A stretch of 64,000 nt of DNA from Bradyrhizobium sp. (GTDB taxonomy: Bacteria > Pseudomonadota > Alphaproteobacteria > Rhizobiales > Xanthobacteraceae), in NCBI GenBank assembly GCA_049509335.1, contig JBEKZZ010000016.1, positions 3,243 to 67,242 of the forward strand, read 5' to 3'. The notes below the pieces were generated by a model. It did not search any database. It had not been told where the DNA came from and saw only the letters and a list, made by a program, of their open reading frames with translations. Below are positions 29,255 to 38,037 of this stretch, piece after piece (positions within the stretch are counted from its first letter, which is position 1; every line of letters starts with the position of its first letter). Both the position numbers and the translations under genes were made by a program.

Positions 29255-30489
29255 GCACACTCTCCAACCATGTCCGGCTGTCGCGTCAGCCCGACTGCCG
29301 GCGACATCAGGATGACCACTGCCTGCGTGGCAAAGATCAGCGCTGCGAGGTACAGGCATGCTTCCGCGCCATAGAGCCCGCCGATCACGGCGCCCAACGC
29401 CGAGCCGAGCGGACGCGCGCCATAGCTCAGGATGTTGATGGCCGATACCCGGCCCAGCAGGCTTGGCGGCGTCACCGATTGCCGCAAGGTGGTGGTGGAG
29501 ATGACCCAGAGGATCGGACCAACGCCCAGAAGAAAGAAACCCAAGCCCGCAAGCGGAGCCGATGGAATGAAGGTGGTCAGCGCCATGATGGCGGAAGCGA
29601 TGAAGCCGGTCACGGGGCCAAGTCCAATCACGGTGCCGAACGGTATACGGCGCATCACTCGCGTTGCCAGCAGCGCGCCGACCACCATGCCGACGCCATA
29701 CATCGCCAGCGTGAAGCCGACGCCGGTCGCCGACAGTGCGAGATGACGCACCGCGTAAGGGACGAAGACGGCGAGCAGCAGAAACGAGCCGGTGTTGAAA
29801 ATGAACTGCGTGATGAAGACCGGCCGCAGCAGCGGATGCCGCATCACAAAAGCCGCACCCTCCCTGATGTCACGCAGCGGACGACGCGGGCGAGCGGCCG
29901 GGCGCTGCGGTTCGTAAATGCCGGACAACAACGCCACCGCGACCACGGATAGTGCGGCGGCAAACGCAAAGGCGGGCGCGGCCCCAAGCCATCCGACGAG
30001 GACGCCGCCGAGTGCCGGTCCGCTGGCGAAGGCAATGGTACGCGCCAATTCGATCCGCGCATTGGCCGCGGGCAATGCTTGCGCCGGCACCAGCGAGGGG
30101 ACAAGGGCAGGGGCCGCCACGCTGTACACGACCGTGCCGCAAACCGCGATGAAGCCGGAGAGCGCAAGCAGCGGCAGCGTCAGCCAGTTGAGTCCGATCA
30201 GAAGCAGGATCGCGAGCAGCGCCACCGCACGCACGGCTTCGGCGCCTGCCATCAGCCGCCGCCGTGAGATGCGGTCGGCGAGAAGGCCTGCCGGAATCGC
30301 GATCACCACAAACGGTAACGTCAGCGCCGTCTGTAGCAGGCCGGTCTCGCCTTCGCCGACACCAAGCATGAGCACGGCGACAATCGGGGCTGCGGCCAGC
30401 GCAATTTGTTCAGCCGATTGTGCGGCGAGGTTGGACCAGGCGAGCCGGTTGAAAGTGGCTGGCAGGCGGGGCGTGTGTTCGGTCGGCAT
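29251..30489 (-). CDS. MFS transporter (MFS_3/EntS-like)
   Basis: GLLADRISRRRLM motif A; about 12 TM; AAGGA RBS. Confidence 0.88.
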   Translation of the reverse strand: MPTEHTPRLPATFNRLAWSNLAAQSAEQIALAAAPIVAVLMLGVGEGETGLLQTALTLPFVVIAIPAGLLADRISRRRLMAGAEAVRAVALLAILLLIGLNWLTLPLLALSGFIAVCGTVVYSVAAPALVPSLVPAQALPAANARIELARTIAFASGPALGGVLVGWLGAAPAFAFAAALSVVAVALLSGIYEPQRPAARPRRPLRDIREGAAFVMRHPLLRPVFITQFIFNTGSFLLLAVFVPYAVRHLALSATGVGFTLAMYGVGMVVGALLATRVMRRIPFGTVIGLGPVTGFIASAIMALTTFIPSAPLAGLGFFLLGVGPILWVISTTTLRQSVTPPSLLGRVSAINILSYGARPLGSALGAVIGGLYGAEACLYLAALIFATQAVVILMSPAVGLTRQPDMVGECA

Positions 30490-30585
30490 GATTGATCCTT
30501 CGATCTCGATTGATCGACAATGTCGGTCGCCGACGGCGCCAAACCCACCCGTTTCCCGATAAGGCCCAAGAAGACAAGGCACATG

Positions 30586-30618
30586 AAAAAGCCTGCCGCG
30601 AGAAGCGCGGCAGGCTTT
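30586..30618 (-). terminator. Rho-independent terminator of the pspA-yqiJ-flotillin operon
   Basis: AAAAAGCCTGCCGCG-agaag-CGCGGCAGGCTTT; U-tract on the minus strand. Confidence 0.8.
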
Positions 30619-30678
30619 ATGTTGGTTCAAGTGTTGGTTTAAACGGCAATCAGATTTTTGTCTGATCCGGCTTAGCCA

Positions 30679-32448
30679 TTACGATTTAGGACCAAGCGTC
30701 GCATGGCCCGTTCCTGACAGGCTCGAAGGCGGCGCCGCGGGCGCGTCGGCAGTTGTCGCCGCCGCTTCAGCGGGAGTTGCCAGTTGTTGAGCGGCGAGCG
30801 CCGCGGTCAGGCTGGTCAGTGCGTCGGGACCAGCAGCAAAACCAGCCTCGGTCAGGATCTTGTCGATGATCGGCCTGAATGCCGATACCGACAGCAATTG
30901 CGCGGCGAGGCCATCGCCAAGCCCAAGCCCGGATCCAAGGCCGTGGCCGTTCATCCCGCCGTTGGCGGCGCCGCCCCGGCCGAGCAGGCTCCCGGTATCG
31001 AAGATCCGGATGTCGGAAATCTTCTCGATCGGCTTGACGGCTTCCGCAAGCGCGTTCGGGATGATGTTGATACGGGCGAGGTTGAGATCGTAGTCGATCA
31101 TCGCCGAGCTGAGTTTGTTGCGGGCCTCCGCCTTCATCGTGGCGACCTCGGCTTCGGCTTGTCCCAGCGCCTTGACGCCGGCCGCTCTTGTCGTGGCCGC
31201 ATTCGCATCCGCCTTTGCCAGCACATTGGTGGCTTCCGCCTTGTTGGCGGCGGCTTGCCTTTCGGCTTCCGCCGTCACGGTAATCGGCATCGCATTGGTT
31301 TCGGCGGCCTTGCGCGCGGCGATCACGTTGATGATCTTGTCGCGCTCGGCGATTTCGGTTGCGCGTGCGGTCGTGACCTTTTCTTCGGCGGCGATTGCGA
31401 GCGCGCGGGCGGTCTCGGCGATGGTTTGCGCTTCGGATTGTTCCTTGCTCTTTGTCGCCACCGTAATCGCGCTCTCCTGGGCGACGATCTGGAGGTCACG
31501 TTCCATTTCGGTGTTCTTGCGCTTGACCGCGAGATCGGCCTCGATCTTTCGGCTGTCGCGCAACTGATTGGCCTCGGTCTGTTTGTTGGCGACGGCCAGT
31601 TCCTGCTGGATGCGATATTCGGCTTCGTTCTGCAACGCGGTCTGTTCGACCTGGGCGGTCTGCGCCCGCATGGCCGCCGTCTTGTTGGCGATGTCGCGCT
31701 GCTGGGCGAGCTCGGCCTCGCGCTTGGTACTCTCGATCGTAAGCGTCGTCTGGCGCGCGACCAAATCCTGTTGCGCGATGTTCACCTCGGTGGTGCGGAC
31801 GATCTGGTTACGCTCCTGTTCGCGTTCCTTGGTGATCTTGGTCAGGGTCGTGAGGCCGTGCGCGTCGAAGAAGTTGCTCGGGTTGAAATGCTTGATGTCG
31901 CTCTGGTCGAGACGCGTCAGCGATACCGATTCGAGTTCGAGGCCGTTATTCTGGATGTCGGCGCCGACGGCATCCTGCACCGCCTTGACGAAGGTGGCGC
32001 GCTGCTCCTGCAACTCCTCGAGGTTCATGGTGGCGGCGACCGAACGCAGGCCGTCGACGAATTTCGCTTCGACCAGTTCGCGCAGTTCGGCCGCGTCGTT
32101 GGTGCGGCTGCCGAGCGTCTGCGCGGCGAGCGCGATCGATGACGTATCGGGTTTGACGCGCAGGTAGAATTCCGCGCCGATATCGACGCGCATGCGGTCC
32201 TTGGTGATCAGCGAATCCGGGCCGCCGCGGGCGACCTCGAGCCGCAGGGTTTTCAGGTTGACCGCGGCCGTGGAATGGAAAACCGGAAGAACGAGGGAGC
32301 CGCCGTCGAGCACGACTTTCTGGCCGCCAAGGCCGGTGCGGACATAGGCTTCGTCACGGGTCGAGCGCCGGTAGAGTTTCGCAAGCAACAGGCCGATAAC
32401 GAGAACGACAAGAACGCCTATCGCAACGGGTACTGCAAGTTCCCACAT
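30679..32448 (-). CDS. Flotillin/SPFH (band 7) protein, YqiK-like
   Basis: N-terminal TM, VRTGLGGQKVV..GG, LITKDRMRVD, NGLELESVSLT; Ala/Glu-rich coiled coil. Confidence 0.92.
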   Translation of the reverse strand: MWELAVPVAIGVLVVLVIGLLLAKLYRRSTRDEAYVRTGLGGQKVVLDGGSLVLPVFHSTAAVNLKTLRLEVARGGPDSLITKDRMRVDIGAEFYLRVKPDTSSIALAAQTLGSRTNDAAELRELVEAKFVDGLRSVAATMNLEELQEQRATFVKAVQDAVGADIQNNGLELESVSLTRLDQSDIKHFNPSNFFDAHGLTTLTKITKEREQERNQIVRTTEVNIAQQDLVARQTTLTIESTKREAELAQQRDIANKTAAMRAQTAQVEQTALQNEAEYRIQQELAVANKQTEANQLRDSRKIEADLAVKRKNTEMERDLQIVAQESAITVATKSKEQSEAQTIAETARALAIAAEEKVTTARATEIAERDKIINVIAARKAAETNAMPITVTAEAERQAAANKAEATNVLAKADANAATTRAAGVKALGQAEAEVATMKAEARNKLSSAMIDYDLNLARINIIPNALAEAVKPIEKISDIRIFDTGSLLGRGGAANGGMNGHGLGSGLGLGDGLAAQLLSVSAFRPIIDKILTEAGFAAGPDALTSLTAALAAQQLATPAEAAATTADAPAAPPSSLSGTGHATLGPKS

Positions 32449-32450
32449 GT

Positions 32451-33116
32451 TTATGCCCTGCGTGATGGTTGTTGTTGTGGTGCGAGGTCTTCGGGTGCGG
32501 AAATGGCAATGAAGCTTTTGCTGTCACGGTCGACCAACAGAACGCTGGCGCCAACGGGAAGCGGGGTCGAATCGGAGCTGGCGCGCGCCGGCACACTGTG
32601 CCAGTTGCCGAAGACATCCTTGAGACGGACACGGCCGGGCAATCCCTGATCCAGCGGTCCGATCGATACTTCGGCGACCTTGCCGACGAAATCGGCATCG
32701 TTCACGGCATAGGTCTCATCGCGCGGGATGATCCGCGCGATGCCGCGGCTGGTGACCCTGATCACCGGCAGGCTCAGCGCCGCAACCACGACCGCGGCAA
32801 GGCCGACCGGAATGGCTGTGCCGGCGATGTGCGCGAACCCTTGCAGGAAAAACCCTTCGATCGAAAACACGCCCAGCGCCAGGATGATCAGGACGAGAAG
32901 GGGAAGGCGGCCTGCATTGATCCAGAGAAACAGGCCGCCGATGGCGCTGTCGTGGTGTTCGACCTCAAGTGCGAAATCCGAGCCGATGAGTTCGCTGATC
33001 GAGAAACCGACGATCATGGTCAGCAGTTCAATGCCGCCGAGCGTGGTCATGATCGCGGCCGCAATCGCGAAGGGACGTACATCAGGCGCCAGCAAGATGT
33101 CGGTGACGGCACTCAT
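32451..33116 (-). CDS. YqiJ/NfeD-like membrane protein with C-terminal OB fold
   Basis: PFAIA N-terminus, WIN.GRLPLLV, IPRDETYAV, R+KD.FGNWH; directly upstream of the flotillin gene. Confidence 0.88.
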   Translation of the reverse strand: MSAVTDILLAPDVRPFAIAAAIMTTLGGIELLTMIVGFSISELIGSDFALEVEHHDSAIGGLFLWINAGRLPLLVLIILALGVFSIEGFFLQGFAHIAGTAIPVGLAAVVVAALSLPVIRVTSRGIARIIPRDETYAVNDADFVGKVAEVSIGPLDQGLPGRVRLKDVFGNWHSVPARASSDSTPLPVGASVLLVDRDSKSFIAISAPEDLAPQQQPSRRA

Positions 33117-34255
33117 TGCTGCGATTTGATCCTTTCAAGCCGCGCCGCGATTTCCCTTTCGCGGTGCAGCCGGTCGAGTTCATCAAGTGCCTTGTCGCCG
33201 AGCACGTGTGCTGCGGGAACGCCGGTAACGCGTGCGATCGCTGCCATGGCTCGGTCGGCACTCATGGTTTTAGTCGTGGGGAGCATCTCGCCGGGTTCAA
33301 GCGGCATCTGCTGCATCAGGCTTGTTTCGAGATCGGCAAGGCGAGCCTCGGCTTCACGCCGCGCACCAAGCATTGCCTGTAAGGCCTTGGTCTGCTCATC
33401 GATTTCCAGTTCGATGAAATCGGTCGCGCGCTCGAGAGCCAGCCCCTGCGATTCCAGATCAATTTGCCGTGCGACACCGGCACGCGCGAGGTCTTCGCGA
33501 TTTTCCGCAATTGCGAGACGGATCTTTTCCGTTAACCCGTTAACCTCCGCATCGAGTTGCTCGCGCCGCCGCTTGAGACGGAATTCTTCGGCCCGCGACT
33601 TGCCGAGCGCATAACGCGCTTCATCCGCGCCGGCGTCGATTTCGCGGATCGCCTGTTTGACCAGGGCGACCTTGTTGTGGTTCTCGGCGTTGTCGATGGT
33701 TTGGCTGGCGATGGCGGCAAGAAGCCGGCCCATACGCGCAAGGATGCCCTCGTGAAGCATGGTCTTCTCCTCCGGTGGAGTTGTTTTGGATTTGACGGCG
33801 ATGTGGATTTCGTAAGCTCGTCCGTCCGAGACCAGGTGGGCGGGGAAAGGGCTATCCCAGCCGGCAACATAACCCGGCACGTTGAACGGCACCAAGACGC
33901 GTCCCTTGACAGTGCTAATGGTGAGTGAAGTGGGTCCCTTGATTGCGAACAATTTGTCGTCGAGCGGAATTCGGCGCGCCGGATTGCCGGCGATATAGCC
34001 GGCGCGGTCGCGTAGGCCGAGCGTGACCAGCCGCGCGGGCAGCCCGGTCTCCACGCGAATCTTCTCGTAGGCTTGCGCGTGGAGCGAGACGAGGTTTGCG
34101 CCGACGGGCGCTACTTCAGCGAGTATCGCCATCATGCGGTCGTAGGCGGCGAAGGTCGCCTCGATCGCGGCGATGGCCGCCTCGTCAGGGACCAGCGCGT
34201 AACGGAGCGTAGCGGTCGGCGTTTCCACAGGTAGTTTGATCATGACTAATACCAA
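33113..34255 (-). CDS. PspA/IM30-family protein (aa ~166-380) fused to a TnpB-like WED/REC N-terminal domain (aa ~1-160)
   Basis: C-half: [14 protein letters not shown]...KQAIREI...REDLARAGV coiled-coil PspA pattern. N-half matches the TnpB N-terminal pattern by eye. Start uncertain (TTG 34255 or ATG 34243). Confidence 0.82.
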   Translation of the reverse strand: MVLVMIKLPVETPTATLRYALVPDEAAIAAIEATFAAYDRMMAILAEVAPVGANLVSLHAQAYEKIRVETGLPARLVTLGLRDRAGYIAGNPARRIPLDDKLFAIKGPTSLTISTVKGRVLVPFNVPGYVAGWDSPFPAHLVSDGRAYEIHIAVKSKTTPPEEKTMLHEGILARMGRLLAAIASQTIDNAENHNKVALVKQAIREIDAGADEARYALGKSRAEEFRLKRRREQLDAEVNGLTEKIRLAIAENREDLARAGVARQIDLESQGLALERATDFIELEIDEQTKALQAMLGARREAEARLADLETSLMQQMPLEPGEMLPTTKTMSADRAMAAIARVTGVPAAHVLGDKALDELDRLHREREIAARLERIKSQQ

Positions 34256-34310
34256 AGCACTTCTCCGGTACTTTACAATGGGGTCTCTATATTATTTCCG
34301 TGATCATCAG

Positions 34311-34356
34311 ATGCAGTTGCAAATTAGTTGCAATAAGATTGGATTTGCTCCATTTT
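34311..34356 (+). promoter_or_regulatory. mntH promoter with a Mur/Fur-type Mn-responsive box
   Basis: ATGCAGTTGCAAATTAGTTGCAATAA (repeated TTGCA units) overlapping -35 TTGCAA; 17-bp spacer; -10 CATTTT. Confidence 0.72.
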
Positions 34357-34362
34357 GGCTGG

Positions 34363-35751
34363 ATGGATGCGAAAAGCCCCGATTTGCCCTCGGCTTCCCC
34401 GGCAAAATCCGCCCCAGGCGTGATGGCCGGGACAGGATGGCGTGGCGAACGCGGTCCACCCTCGCTCGCGGAAGTCTTTGCCTCTGTTCGAACTGCCCCA
34501 AAAGGTCCGTTCTGGCGCAAGCTTTTGGCGTTCCTTGGCCCCGGCTATCTCGTCGCCGTGGGCTACATGGACCCCGGCAACTGGGCGACTTCGCTCGCGG
34601 GCGGCTCCAAATTCGGCTACGCGCTGCTGAGCGTTGCGCTGTTGTCCAATGCCATGGCGATCGTCCTGCAATCGCTGTGTACGCGGCTCGGGGTGGGCGC
34701 CGGCCGCGACCTCGCGCAGGCCTGCCGCGATTCATTTCCGCGCTGGGTATCGTGGCCGCTGTGGTTGTCGGCGGAACTCGCAATCACGGCCACTGATCTG
34801 GCCGAAGTCATTGGGACTGCGATCGGCCTCAATCTGCTGTTTCACATTCCGCTCGGAATCGGCGTCATCCTCACCGCGGCGGATGTGTTGTTGATCCTGG
34901 CGCTGCAGGCTTTCGGCTTTCGCTGGATCGAAGCCTTTGTGGTGGCGATGCTGGGCGTGATCGCGGCCTGCTTTGCGGTGCAGATCGCGCTGGCCGATCC
35001 CGATTGGGGCGCGGTCATGCGGGGCTTTGTGCCGACGGGCGAAATCATTGCCAACCACGAGATGCTGTATCTCGCGCTCGGCATTTTGGGCGCGACCGTC
35101 ATGCCGCATAATCTCTACTTGCATTCGGGGCTGGTGCAGACCCGCTTCATCGGCGAAGGCAGACAAGAGAAACGCCAGGCCATCAGGCTTGCTAACATCG
35201 ATACTTCGATCGCGTTGTGCCTGGCATTGATCATCAACGCCTCGATTCTGATTCTGGCGGCCGCGACATTTAATCGGGCAGGGCGGATCGACGTCGCCGA
35301 ACTCGATCAGGCGCACGCCTTTCTCGCGCCCCTGCTCGGCTCGACACTGGCGCCGACGCTGTTTGCGATTGCGCTCTTGTGCTGCGGATTGAACTCGACC
35401 ATCACCGCGACCTTGTCGGGTCAGATCGTGATGGAGGGCTTTCTGAACCTCCGCATCGCACCATGGCTGCGGCGTCTGGTGACGCGGTTGATCGCCATTG
35501 TGCCGGCGGTTTTGGTGACGCTTCTCGCCGGTGAAAAGGCGACCGGCCGCCTTTTGATCCTGAGCCAGGTGGTGCTCAGCCTGCAATTGCCCTTTGCCGT
35601 GGTGCCGCTGGTGATGTTTACCTCGAGCCGCCGCAAGATGGGTCCGTTCGTCGCGCCGCGCTGGCTGAGCGGATTGGCGATGATGACAACGGCGCTCATC
35701 ATCGCGCTCAATGCCAAACTGGTCTGGGATTTTTGGGCCGGAGGTTTTTAA
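34363..35751 (+). CDS. mntH: Nramp-family Mn2+ transporter
   Basis: [10 protein letters not shown] and [13 protein letters not shown] Nramp signatures. Confidence 0.96.
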   Translation: MDAKSPDLPSASPAKSAPGVMAGTGWRGERGPPSLAEVFASVRTAPKGPFWRKLLAFLGPGYLVAVGYMDPGNWATSLAGGSKFGYALLSVALLSNAMAIVLQSLCTRLGVGAGRDLAQACRDSFPRWVSWPLWLSAELAITATDLAEVIGTAIGLNLLFHIPLGIGVILTAADVLLILALQAFGFRWIEAFVVAMLGVIAACFAVQIALADPDWGAVMRGFVPTGEIIANHEMLYLALGILGATVMPHNLYLHSGLVQTRFIGEGRQEKRQAIRLANIDTSIALCLALIINASILILAAATFNRAGRIDVAELDQAHAFLAPLLGSTLAPTLFAIALLCCGLNSTITATLSGQIVMEGFLNLRIAPWLRRLVTRLIAIVPAVLVTLLAGEKATGRLLILSQVVLSLQLPFAVVPLVMFTSSRRKMGPFVAPRWLSGLAMMTTALIIALNAKLVWDFWAGGF

Positions 35752-35769
35752 GCACGCCTCCTCACTCCA

Positions 35770-36231
35770 CTAGGCCCATGCAAAGCCACCGATGAGCGCA
35801 GGCGCGTCATCATCGTTTTGCCGCCCGCGCACCAGCCGTTTGCGGCTCTTCGTGTTGCGCTGGCGCCGATGCCGGAAATCCACCCCACGTATCGCCGTCA
35901 GGAGGCCGCTGGCTGTTCTTGCGACCCGGGCGGTTACATGGCCGATGATGAACAGGACCGTTGCGGCGCGGCTTAGAACTCCAACCAGGAACACCACCGC
36001 GAAGATGTCGATATAGGCGAGAAAATCGCCCACGAGCATCAATTCAGGCGGAATCGGAATTCGGTGATAGTAAGCCAGGACGAGAATGACGACGGGGATG
36101 AACGCGATAATCCGCCGCAACGTCAGCCGGTCCAGAAGAACTGCCAATTGCACGACAAAGACGTCCCATAGCCAGTCGCCGAGAAGCGCCGGCTTGTCGA
36201 TCGTCCATGTCTTCCAGAGCGCCTTCCACAT
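35770..36231 (-). CDS. Hypothetical membrane protein
   Basis: Hydrophobic segments, PIPPELMLVGDFLAYID, basic tail; no family recognised. Confidence 0.6.
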   Translation of the reverse strand: MWKALWKTWTIDKPALLGDWLWDVFVVQLAVLLDRLTLRRIIAFIPVVILVLAYYHRIPIPPELMLVGDFLAYIDIFAVVFLVGVLSRAATVLFIIGHVTARVARTASGLLTAIRGVDFRHRRQRNTKSRKRLVRGRQNDDDAPALIGGFAWA

Positions 36232-36301
36232 CGTTTCCGCCCGCACTTGCCTGGACGCCGTTCCAGCATATCATGCTTCTGTAAAACCACGGAGACCCGC
36301 C

Positions 36302-36775
36302 TTGAAGAAGATCATGCTGTTGATGATTTCGCTGTCGTGGGTTCACCTCGTCGCCGCCGAGCCGCTTCCGCTGTCGCCGTCGGGCGTGAAGACGCTGGCG
36401 CCGGAGGGTGCGATCAAGCCAACGGGCCCGTGGAGTCTGGGCACGCACGCGGGCGATTTCGTCTACATCGCCGGCATGCGCGGCATCGACCCGAAAACCG
36501 ATCTGCAAGTGGCGGGCGACGAGCCGCGCATACGTCAGGCTTTTGCTAATATGAAGTTGATCGCCGAATCCGAAGGCGCGACGTTGCGCGATGCCACGCG
36601 CCTCGTGGTCTACGTGACGGACATGTACCGCTTCCGGCCGATCGTGAACAAGATCCAGGAAGAGTTTTGGGGGAAGGGGCCCTATCCGCCGCGCACCATC
36701 ATCGAGGTGCATCGGCTCAACGGCGACGATATCTGTGAAGTCGAAGGGACCTTCTACGCGCCGGTGAAGAAATAA
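36302..36775 (+). CDS. RidA/YjgF/UK114-family protein with predicted signal peptide
   Basis: TTG start after GGAGA; GPWS, FVYIAG, YPPRTIIEV (conserved Arg), ICEVE. Confidence 0.82.
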   Translation: MKKIMLLMISLSWVHLVAAEPLPLSPSGVKTLAPEGAIKPTGPWSLGTHAGDFVYIAGMRGIDPKTDLQVAGDEPRIRQAFANMKLIAESEGATLRDATRLVVYVTDMYRFRPIVNKIQEEFWGKGPYPPRTIIEVHRLNGDDICEVEGTFYAPVKK

Positions 36776-36838
36776 GCGTATGCCGCCCGGCCAGGCGTGG
36801 CAAAGCTGCATCCGGAGCGTCGCCCGGTACAAATGACG

Positions 36839-37810
36839 TTAGATTGGCAGGGGCCTCGCTGCCCGAAGCGCCGCACGATCTTCGCGAGGGGACACTCCAA
36901 AGGCTTCCTTGTAACGCCGGCTGAAATGGCCGAAGTCGGCGAATCCGCAAGAGAGTGCGATCTGCGCGATGCTGTCACCTGCGTGCAATGGATCGGCCAG
37001 GTATCGCCTGCTCTTTTCCAGCCGCCGCTTCCAGATCCACTCGCTGACCGTGCTTTGCTCCGCGTGGAACAGATCCTGAAGGTAGCGGGAGGAAATGCCG
37101 ACAAGGCCCGCAATCTTGTCGGTGTTAATCGTGTGGTCGTGCAAGAGGCTCTCGATGAGCGCCTTCGCACGGAAAGTCAAAGCAGCGCGCGCCGCCGTAC
37201 CGCTATTCAACTCGCCGCCCTGATGCTCGGCCAGGGCCGCCGTCACCAGCGAGAGACAAGTTTCCGATAGCTGATTTGCCGTGGCAGGCGTGATGTTCGA
37301 CACGATGGATGCGGTCTGCCGTACGAACGGCAGTACCAGCGAAGCGACCGGGCTGGTCGCCTCGATACGGCGCGCCGTCCAGGTTTCAGTTCGGCCGATC
37401 CTCCGGACCATGGCTTCGCGCGGCATGTGGAGAACGATCTGTTCGAAATCGGCAGCGAACGTCAGGGTGTAAGGGCGGGTGCTGTCGTAACAGGCAAAAT
37501 CGCCAGGCTCGAGCCGCGCCTCGCGTCCGTCCTGTGCGATCGAGCCGGCGCCACGTACCTGCAAGCTGATGAGCACGACCTCTTCGCGCGCGTGCCGGAT
37601 GCGCGCCGGCGTGCGCTTGACGATCTGGCCATCGGCGCGAACGGAGGAAAAGTGAAGGTCGTTGCAGCGAGCGGTCGCCAATTCGCCGAAGAAGGGCCGA
37701 TCCGCGTAGGCCTTGCAATCGAGATCGACGAACGTGTCGCAGACCGCGTCCTGCCAGAACAGAAAGCGCTTTCGCTCGGCGACGTCGCTGGTTGACACCA
37801 CGGTTTTCAT
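36839..37810 (-). CDS. AraC-family activator (FeaR/NitR-like), divergent from the nitrilase gene
   Basis: W..AVCDTFV N-domain; IAQIALSCGFADFGHFSRRYKEAFGVSP HTH. Confidence 0.9.
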   Translation of the reverse strand: MKTVVSTSDVAERKRFLFWQDAVCDTFVDLDCKAYADRPFFGELATARCNDLHFSSVRADGQIVKRTPARIRHAREEVVLISLQVRGAGSIAQDGREARLEPGDFACYDSTRPYTLTFAADFEQIVLHMPREAMVRRIGRTETWTARRIEATSPVASLVLPFVRQTASIVSNITPATANQLSETCLSLVTAALAEHQGGELNSGTAARAALTFRAKALIESLLHDHTINTDKIAGLVGISSRYLQDLFHAEQSTVSEWIWKRRLEKSRRYLADPLHAGDSIAQIALSCGFADFGHFSRRYKEAFGVSPREDRAALRAARPLPI

Positions 37811-38037
37811 AACACGCACCCTTTTCGGGCCGTCTCGACGAGATCGATACTAGCACGGCCTCGCCAGCGGGCAACGGTGCTTAGTGGGGCTCTGCGCCGG
37901 TAGCCCATTTTTTCTGCGGATGCAGCCAAGAACGCGGCGGCTCGGTCCGCTAGGTTGGTTGCTGACAGTGCGCGTTCCCTCCGGTGGTGCGCGCCCTCGT
38001 AGTCCCGTTTCGGAAAAGCCAAACCTTTCAGGAGCCG

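Noticed and set aside
33113-34255. Active IS200/IS605 element or functional TnpB nuclease
   Set aside because: No RuvC acidic motifs, no zinc finger, no tnpA and no recognisable IS end hairpins; only the N-terminal half resembles TnpB
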